Assembly (NCBI GenBank): GCA_964372845.1
Contig: CAYJRS010000002.1
Location: 1-39,591 of the forward strand
Direction: 5' to 3'
Origin: Candidatus Woesearchaeota archaeon
GTDB taxonomy: Archaea > Nanobdellota > Nanobdellia > SCGC-AAA011-G17 > ARS1403
DNA: 39,591 nt
A program made the position numbers and the translations under genes. Positions 34,226-39,591 of this stretch are shown one piece after another; the first letter of the stretch is position 1, and the number at the start of each line of letters is the position of its first letter. The notes under the pieces were generated by a model. The model was not told where the DNA came from. It ran no database searches and saw only the letters and a program-made list of their open reading frames with translations.

Positions 34226-34812
34226 TTAAAAGAAAAGATTTCTATTTTAAAAAAGCAAAGAAGGAGGGTTATCTTGCTAGGAGCTCTTACAAGTTGATTG
34301 AGCTCAACAGGAAATATAATTTAATCAGAAGGGATAGTGATGTTTTGGACATTGGCTGCAGCCCTGGAAGCTGGGTGCAGGTTTGCTTGAAATTAAATGT
34401 TAGAAGGGTTGTCGGGATTGATATTGAGAAGGCTAAAGTAAAGGGTAATAAATTTGAGTTCATCAACGAAGATATAAATGAAATCGATGTTGATAAGCTT
34501 GGGAAATTTGATGTTGTGCTTAGTGATATTTCACCAAAAACAAAAGGGTTTTTTGACGCTGAGGAGAGTGTTGATCTTAGCAGAAAAGCCTGGGGGGTAA
34601 CTAAGGAAGTTTTGAAGCCGAAAGGAAATTTTCTGTGCAAGATCTTTCAGGGAGCTGATTTTGACGCCTTCTGCAGAGAAGTAAAGAAGCACTTTTATTT
34701 TTTTAAGGTTTCAAAACCTAAGGCGAGCAGAAAAGAGAGCAGGGAGATGTACCTCATTGGGAAAGGCTTTTTGGGCAACCTGCAAAATATAGATAAAAAG
34801 ATATATAAATGA
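34222..34812 (+). CDS. rlmE: rRNA 2'-O-methyltransferase RlmE/FtsJ
   Basis: [28 protein letters not shown]. Confidence 0.9.
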   Translation: MIKRKDFYFKKAKKEGYLARSSYKLIELNRKYNLIRRDSDVLDIGCSPGSWVQVCLKLNVRRVVGIDIEKAKVKGNKFEFINEDINEIDVDKLGKFDVVLSDISPKTKGFFDAEESVDLSRKAWGVTKEVLKPKGNFLCKIFQGADFDAFCREVKKHFYFFKVSKPKASRKESREMYLIGKGFLGNLQNIDKKIYK

Positions 34813-34846
34813 AAAGATAATAGTAAAATTACAAAGAGGTGATATT

Positions 34847-35041
34847 ATGGCTAAAAAAAATGGGGATTTAAATTTTAATTGGTGTTGTAATTCTTGCTGT
34901 TCAGGATTTGGTGCTGCTTTGATTTTGATTGGTGCTGCTTATGCCCTGCAACATGCTGGAATATTATTTAGTAACGTGATTTTGTGGCCTTGGGTTTTGA
35001 TTGCCCTCGGGATATGCACTTACCTGTTTAAAAAAAGATAA
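34847..35041 (+). CDS. Small Cys-rich membrane protein
   Basis: NWCCNSCCSGFG followed by two hydrophobic helices. GAGGTGA lies upstream. Confidence 0.45.
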   Translation: MAKKNGDLNFNWCCNSCCSGFGAALILIGAAYALQHAGILFSNVILWPWVLIALGICTYLFKKR

Positions 35042-35044
35042 AAG

Positions 35045-35239
35045 ATGTGGTTTGCAAAAGTCATTAAAAATTTGAAGTGGTGGGATCTTTCCTTAATTAA
35101 AGCAGCCATATTTTTCTTTTCTCTTTTTGTTGCCAGTTACATCAGCAGCTATGTCCTGATTAGAGGAAGATGGTTGTGGCTGGTGTTGGCAGCTGCATTT
35201 GCTGTTAGGCCAGTTAATATTGCTTTGAAACATATGTAA
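35045..35239 (+). CDS. Small membrane protein
   Basis: Two hydrophobic helices; tightly follows the previous ORF. Confidence 0.45.
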   Translation: MWFAKVIKNLKWWDLSLIKAAIFFFSLFVASYISSYVLIRGRWLWLVLAAAFAVRPVNIALKHM

Positions 35240-35242
35240 TTT

Positions 35243-36073
35243 TTATTTTGTATGAAATTCAACTACGTCTTCATCTGCTAAGATATGATCTAATCCGCAT
35301 CTCATGTTTTCAAATTTTACAGATTTTCCTGTTATCCTGGCATACTTGAAATTTTTAACAAAGTCTTTATGAACAATTTCTGCTAGATCCTGAACTGCTG
35401 ATCCCTTTTTTAGTGCTACAGGAGGATAATCTTTCTGCTTGCCTGGCTGCTTTGTATAAACTTTTATTATGTCTAATGAATTCCAGATTCTTTCTTCAAA
35501 TTCCTCTTCTCCATTGTAAATAATTCTCTTAACATTTATGTTTGCTAATTCTTTGTCTAGAAGTCTTTTCTCTTCTGGAGTGTTGAATGTCAGTATTATT
35601 AATTCAGACTGCTTCATGATTGAGAGGAGTGAGGGGCCTAGTTCTGTTTCATGGAAATTTTCTATGATAGCCGGAATTTCAACAATTTGCAATTTTATCC
35701 CTTTATAATCAAGAATTCCCTGGACAGGCTTCTTTGTTGTGAATGGATAATCTGCAATTTTTGCGTTTGCATTTGTTAATTTATTTAGAAGCGTTGACTT
35801 CCCTGAGTTTGTTGTGCCGATGATGCATATTAGAGCTGCCCCTTCTTTTTTGAAAGAAATTTTTTGATAGGATCCTTTCTTTGCTGATTTCTTTATTGAA
35901 TCTTTCAGCTTTGCTATTTTTGTTTTAATCTGCTTTCTAAGTTTCTCCGCTCCTTTGTGGGAAGGTGCCAAAGACAGCATTTTCTGCAAACACTGTAACT
36001 TTTCTTCGGGGGTATTCGCTTTTAGGTACTCTTCTTCAGCTTTTTGATAATGTATATCTGCATTTATTGGCAT
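35243..36073 (-). CDS. Archaeal DRG-like GTPase with C-terminal TGS domain, reduced form
   Basis: N-terminal helical region typical of archaeal DRG, G1 GTTNSGKST, G2 DYPFTT, C-terminal TGS-like VVEFHTK. The G3 position reads VEIPA rather than DxPG. Confidence 0.8.
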   Translation of the reverse strand: MPINADIHYQKAEEEYLKANTPEEKLQCLQKMLSLAPSHKGAEKLRKQIKTKIAKLKDSIKKSAKKGSYQKISFKKEGAALICIIGTTNSGKSTLLNKLTNANAKIADYPFTTKKPVQGILDYKGIKLQIVEIPAIIENFHETELGPSLLSIMKQSELIILTFNTPEEKRLLDKELANINVKRIIYNGEEEFEERIWNSLDIIKVYTKQPGKQKDYPPVALKKGSAVQDLAEIVHKDFVKNFKYARITGKSVKFENMRCGLDHILADEDVVEFHTK

Positions 36074-36288
36074 CTTTAATGCTCCATAGATAATATTTTC
36101 CTTTTCTTTCCTTTTTAAGGATTCCTTCTTTATAAAAATTATTTAAATGTTGTAATAAAACATCTATTCCAACTCCTGCATCAAATTGTAATTCCGTACT
36201 TTTGGCCATTCCTAACTCATTTAACTTTTTTAATATCTTAATTTTTGTAAATTTGGAACAATTCTTATTAGTATTTGATCTATTATAT

Positions 36289-36960
36289 ATGAAACTTGAT
36301 ACATTTATCTTTAAATTTATCCCTCATTGGAGGGGATGGAAACCTTTGATGTCCATGTTCTTCAATAAAAAGTTTTTAATACTGGGTTTTAATTGTTTTA
36401 TTGCAATGGTAGATGCTAATCAAGTGCTGGATATAATCATGAGCGGGAGCTTGAATAGAGTGATTGCTGCTATTGTTGTCTTGTTGATTGCCTTCTTAAT
36501 CGCCAGGTTTCTTGGAAATTTGGCTGCTAAGGTTTTGAATGAGTTGAAGACGAATAAAATATTGAAAGAAAGTTTTGGAGTTAGGGCTCCTGTCGAGCAG
36601 ATCTTTAGCAAGGGAGTATATTATCTTGTTTTGTTCATCGGCGTCATAATGGCATTGAACCAGCTCGGACTGAGCACCATCATATTATATATTATCCTGA
36701 TAATTGTTCTTTTAATCGTTGTTAGTTTTATTTTACTGGCTTTCAAAGATTTTGTTCCTAATATGTTTGCTAGTTTTTGGATACATCAGAAAAAAATAAT
36801 TGAAGTCGGGGACATTGTTGAGATAAAGGATGTTTCTGGAAAAATTGTTGAGATTAATTTGACTGAGACTAAAATCGAGACAAAGGATAAAGAAATAGTG
36901 CTGTTTCCTAATTCTTTGCTTTTGAGAGAAAAGATAAAGAAAATTAAAAATAAAAATTAA
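36289..36960 (+). CDS. Small MscS-like mechanosensitive channel
   Basis: TM helices followed by VGDIVEIKDVSGKIVEINLTETKIETKDKEIVLFPNS (MscS beta-domain signature). ATG 36289 is preferred over the TTG at 36202. Confidence 0.7.
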   Translation: MKLDTFIFKFIPHWRGWKPLMSMFFNKKFLILGFNCFIAMVDANQVLDIIMSGSLNRVIAAIVVLLIAFLIARFLGNLAAKVLNELKTNKILKESFGVRAPVEQIFSKGVYYLVLFIGVIMALNQLGLSTIILYIILIIVLLIVVSFILLAFKDFVPNMFASFWIHQKKIIEVGDIVEIKDVSGKIVEINLTETKIETKDKEIVLFPNSLLLREKIKKIKNKN

Positions 36961-36984
36961 TATTTTCTTTTTTTCTTTGGATAC

Positions 36985-37058
36985 GATTTCTTTTTCTAAA
37001 AGAAAATGTGAGGGAAAGGTGGATGGAAAACGTAGTTGTCCATGAGAGTGAAGCGAAT
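36985..37058 (+). repeat. Intergenic hairpin-repeat family, copy C
   Basis: TTTCTTTT-TCT-AAAAGAAA hairpin, TGTGAGGGAAAGGTGG, ATGGAAAAC-GTA-GTTGTCCAT, GAGAGTGAAGCGAATAA. Confidence 0.7.
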
Positions 37059-37113
37059 AAAAACTAGTTTTTGAAAGATAAGATTTATAAAGAATGTATT
37101 CTATTATATAATT

Positions 37114-37518
37114 ATGAAAAACCCTAAACGGAATGATAAATTAATAATTGTGATTGGTGTGCTGAGTGTTCTTGTGTTGATAAATATAGTTGTCAGCTTT
37201 CGTGATAGTGGGATAAAGAGTGTTACTGGCAGCGTTGTTCAAGAGGCTGCAGATTCCGGAAATGAAAATTCTAATGATTTAATTAATGATGTATCTAGGC
37301 TTAGAAGTGATAATGAAAGGTTAATTGTGGAAAAAGATGCTCTTTCAAAGAAGGTAGTTGAGCTTGAAGCGAAGATAAAGGCTTTTGAAGAAGAGAATGA
37401 AGTGAAAAAAGAAACCTGCCCGTTAAATTGCGGCGTAGATGAACTTTGCTCTCCAGTTAATAAATTAGATGGCCGTGTTGAGTGGCAGTGCGTTGATGAC
37501 CCTGCAAAATTTGTTTAA
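37114..37518 (+). CDS. Membrane-anchored coiled-coil protein with Cys-rich C-terminus
   Basis: N-terminal TM helix, coiled-coil middle, C-terminal CPLNCGVDELC...WQC. Confidence 0.6.
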   Translation: MKNPKRNDKLIIVIGVLSVLVLINIVVSFRDSGIKSVTGSVVQEAADSGNENSNDLINDVSRLRSDNERLIVEKDALSKKVVELEAKIKAFEEENEVKKETCPLNCGVDELCSPVNKLDGRVEWQCVDDPAKFV

Positions 37519-37561
37519 TTTCTTTATGATTAGCTTTTTAAATTAACTTTCTTGAGATAGT

Positions 37562-38467
37562 ATGAAGATGAAAATAAGCAAAACTTTTCTGAATATAGTG
37601 TATTTGATAGTAATATGTTTATTGATCTTTCAGAGTTATCTCTATTATGACTTAAAAATGAATATAAGCAAGGATATTGAGTCTATAGAAGATTCTTTGT
37701 TGAGCCTTGACAATAAGATAAACTCTGAAAAAAGCGAGCTTGATGAGGAAATAAGCGATTTGAGGAATGAAAGTGCAAATGCAATTAAAGGCCTTGGTGG
37801 GAATATAAATGCCTTGATGAAGGAGAGTGAGGAGAGCAAAAAAGCAATAAAAGAACTATCGGTTGGATTGGAAGAGCTTGAGAATGTTCAAGTGCAGGCG
37901 AGCAAGGATTTTTCTTCGATAATTGAAGACGTGATTGACAGCGTTGTCGTGGTTAAGGCTGGAAATGATTTTGGTTCAGGTGTTTTTGTTTCTCCTGAAT
38001 ATTTAATTACGAATTATCACGTTGTTAAAGATAATCAGGATAATATTGTTATAGGCACTGTTAATAATAAAGCATTCCGAGCTGACTTGATTGGATATGA
38101 GCCTAATATTGATCTTGCTGTTCTTTATGTAAAAGGTGGCAACTTTCCGTTTTTAGAATTTGAGAATGTGAATAATGTTAAAATTGGAGAGAGTGTTATT
38201 GCTGTTGGCAGCCCTTTAGGTTTGAGCTTTAGCGTCACTCAGGGAATCGTTAGCTCTAAGCAGAGGACAGGTCCAAATAGATTGAATATTTATCTGCAAA
38301 CGGATACACCAATAAATCCTGGAAACTCTGGCGGTCCTTTAATAAATTTAAATAAAAAAATTGTTGCGATAAATACCTGGAAAATTGCCAACGTTGAAGG
38401 GCTTGGGTTTTCTATTAGAAGCGATGTTGTCAAAGATGTTTATGAAAAAATTTTAGAAAAAGTTTAA
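37562..38467 (+). CDS. Trypsin-like serine protease (HtrA/DegP-like, no PDZ) with N-terminal anchor and coiled coil
   Basis: Catalytic triad contexts TNYHV, DLAVL, GNSGGPL. Confidence 0.85.
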   Translation: MKMKISKTFLNIVYLIVICLLIFQSYLYYDLKMNISKDIESIEDSLLSLDNKINSEKSELDEEISDLRNESANAIKGLGGNINALMKESEESKKAIKELSVGLEELENVQVQASKDFSSIIEDVIDSVVVVKAGNDFGSGVFVSPEYLITNYHVVKDNQDNIVIGTVNNKAFRADLIGYEPNIDLAVLYVKGGNFPFLEFENVNNVKIGESVIAVGSPLGLSFSVTQGIVSSKQRTGPNRLNIYLQTDTPINPGNSGGPLINLNKKIVAINTWKIANVEGLGFSIRSDVVKDVYEKILEKV

Positions 38468-38832
38468 TTGTAAGCCTTTACTTCATAGCTTCCTGTTTTG
38501 AAATCAAAATTTATGGAAATTTTTGGAATTAAGTTATTTCTGAAAACTTTCAAGATTAATTCTGGAATGTCTGGATCATCCTCAATAAAGACATTTGGGT
38601 AAATTCTAGAAAGGAATCTTCTCGTTTCTTTTGGGATATGCATTTCACAAATCAATCCAAATCGATCCTTATCTAAAGAATAAACATTCTCTAATGGATA
38701 ATCTAAAGAACCTAACAACTGCATAGAATCTGAAATTTTATCCAAATAAAGAATTCCCTGCAATCCTTCTGTAGTTTCTAACCCAGTAGCAATTGAAATT
38801 CCTGATTGTGTTTCTAATGCGCTGATTCTCAT
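38464..38832 (-). CDS. Hypothetical protein
   Basis: 122-aa ORF 10 nt downstream of the 217-aa ORF on the same strand. Confidence 0.5.
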   Translation of the reverse strand: MRISALETQSGISIATGLETTEGLQGILYLDKISDSMQLLGSLDYPLENVYSLDKDRFGLICEMHIPKETRRFLSRIYPNVFIEDDPDIPELILKVFRNNLIPKISINFDFKTGSYEVKAYN

Positions 38833-38842
38833 ATTGTTAATC

Positions 38843-39496
38843 CTATATTTGATTTCTGATATTATCTAAATTAGTTTTTACTTTGTTAAATATCTTATCT
38901 TGAATATCTATGGGTAATATCCCAAATGTATCCTTAAATCTTTCATGGATAAACCATGGAATTTCATGGTCATACCTTCCCTGTTGAAATAATTCATTTT
39001 CTAAGTCAAGATGTTCTTGAGCATAACGATAAATCAAATTCCAAGATTCATAACTATATGTATGGCAAAGAGCACGTATCCAAGTTTCTAAATTATTTTC
39101 ACTAGGAGATTTAGAAAAGGCTTCAATACAAACTTTGTCATACGCCCTTTCTCTAAGAAATTGTAATGGGTTATGTGCTTTTAAAAATTCTTCAAAAAAG
39201 CGTTTCTTCGATATTAGTAATTTTATAGTTTTATCTATATAATCTCTATCCGTTCTAGATAATTCAGTATATTTATTTTCAGTTAAATTCCTTGTACGTG
39301 AATCTTGAACAAACCATTTACAAAACTTACTTCCTTGACGATATTTTTCAAATTCATTTACTTCATAATCTATGTATAATGTTGCTATCCTTGGTAAAAT
39401 CTCATTATTAAGGTAAAACATAATTTTTTCTTGATCATAATGTCTCCTATATCCTAATGCTGCAATTTCTTCTAAAGTGGTAATTTTTCTTTCCAT
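38843..39496 (-). CDS. Hypothetical protein
   Basis: 217-aa ORF; helical, rich in W/Y/H; no motif recognised. Confidence 0.55.
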   Translation of the reverse strand: MERKITTLEEIAALGYRRHYDQEKIMFYLNNEILPRIATLYIDYEVNEFEKYRQGSKFCKWFVQDSRTRNLTENKYTELSRTDRDYIDKTIKLLISKKRFFEEFLKAHNPLQFLRERAYDKVCIEAFSKSPSENNLETWIRALCHTYSYESWNLIYRYAQEHLDLENELFQQGRYDHEIPWFIHERFKDTFGILPIDIQDKIFNKVKTNLDNIRNQI

Positions 39497-39591
39497 TTCG
39501 ATCTATTAATCTGTAAGGTAAGAAGATGATTTACGGTTTATAAGTCTTTCTTATTAATACTACTTTAAAGTAAACAATAAACTTCTTTTAT

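Noticed and set aside
13888-37043. Tiny ORFs starting at the ATGGAAAAC of the hairpin repeats (MENVVVH...)
   Set aside because: The downstream peptide sequence and length differ in every copy. The variable triplet sits in the hairpin loop. The GGAAAGG box is too close to the ATG to serve as a ribosome-binding site. Conservation fits structure, not coding.
1-39591. CRISPR arrays, transposases, integrases, large rRNA genes
   Set aside because: No regularly spaced direct repeats, no recombinase/transposase motifs (RHRY, DDE) in any long ORF, and no 16S/23S-like sequence were found.

Overview
Low-GC archaeal-type chromosome segment, most consistent with a reduced DPANN-like archaeon. Evidence: a DRG-type GTPase, PolX-PHP, tRNAs without encoded CCA, one tRNA with a bulge-helix-bulge intron, an unlinked 5S rRNA, TATA-like promoters and many translationally coupled mini-genes. 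Core content is a complete suf Fe-S operon (Cys-rich HTH regulator, sufB, sufD, sufS, sufU, sufC, DUF59, DUF1858::A-type carrier). Other core genes are cysS, Fe/Mn SOD, a Rieske protein, PolX, RlmE, RadC, a DUF255 thioredoxin-domain protein, an FNR-like reductase, an aldo-keto reductase, Nudix and an MBL hydrolase. There is also a MacB/FtsX ABC exporter next to a COG1361-like surface protein, an HtrA-like protease and a lytic transglycosylase. Accessory content is dense: two MNT/HEPN pairs, a PIN operon, Fic, several AbrB/SpoVT-like and zinc-ribbon mini-genes, and an atypical kinase / NIF-phosphatase pair. Main observations: (1) A 1,966-bp co-oriented block of toxin-antitoxin-like modules lies downstream of cysS, between two perfect 31-bp direct repeats of the cysS 3' end, with a degenerate third copy inside. 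(2) The same architecture occurs at the aldo-keto reductase 3' end, around a DUF5678-like / retropepsin-like gene pair. (3) A four-copy intergenic hairpin-repeat family abuts these displaced gene ends. (4) One tRNA has a textbook BHB intron in the T-loop plus an extra 8-bp arm and neighbouring tRNA-derived fragments. (5) The 5S rRNA has 63 nt in place of loop C. No CRISPR array, integrase or transposase was recognised. All homology calls come from motif recognition by eye, not from searches.
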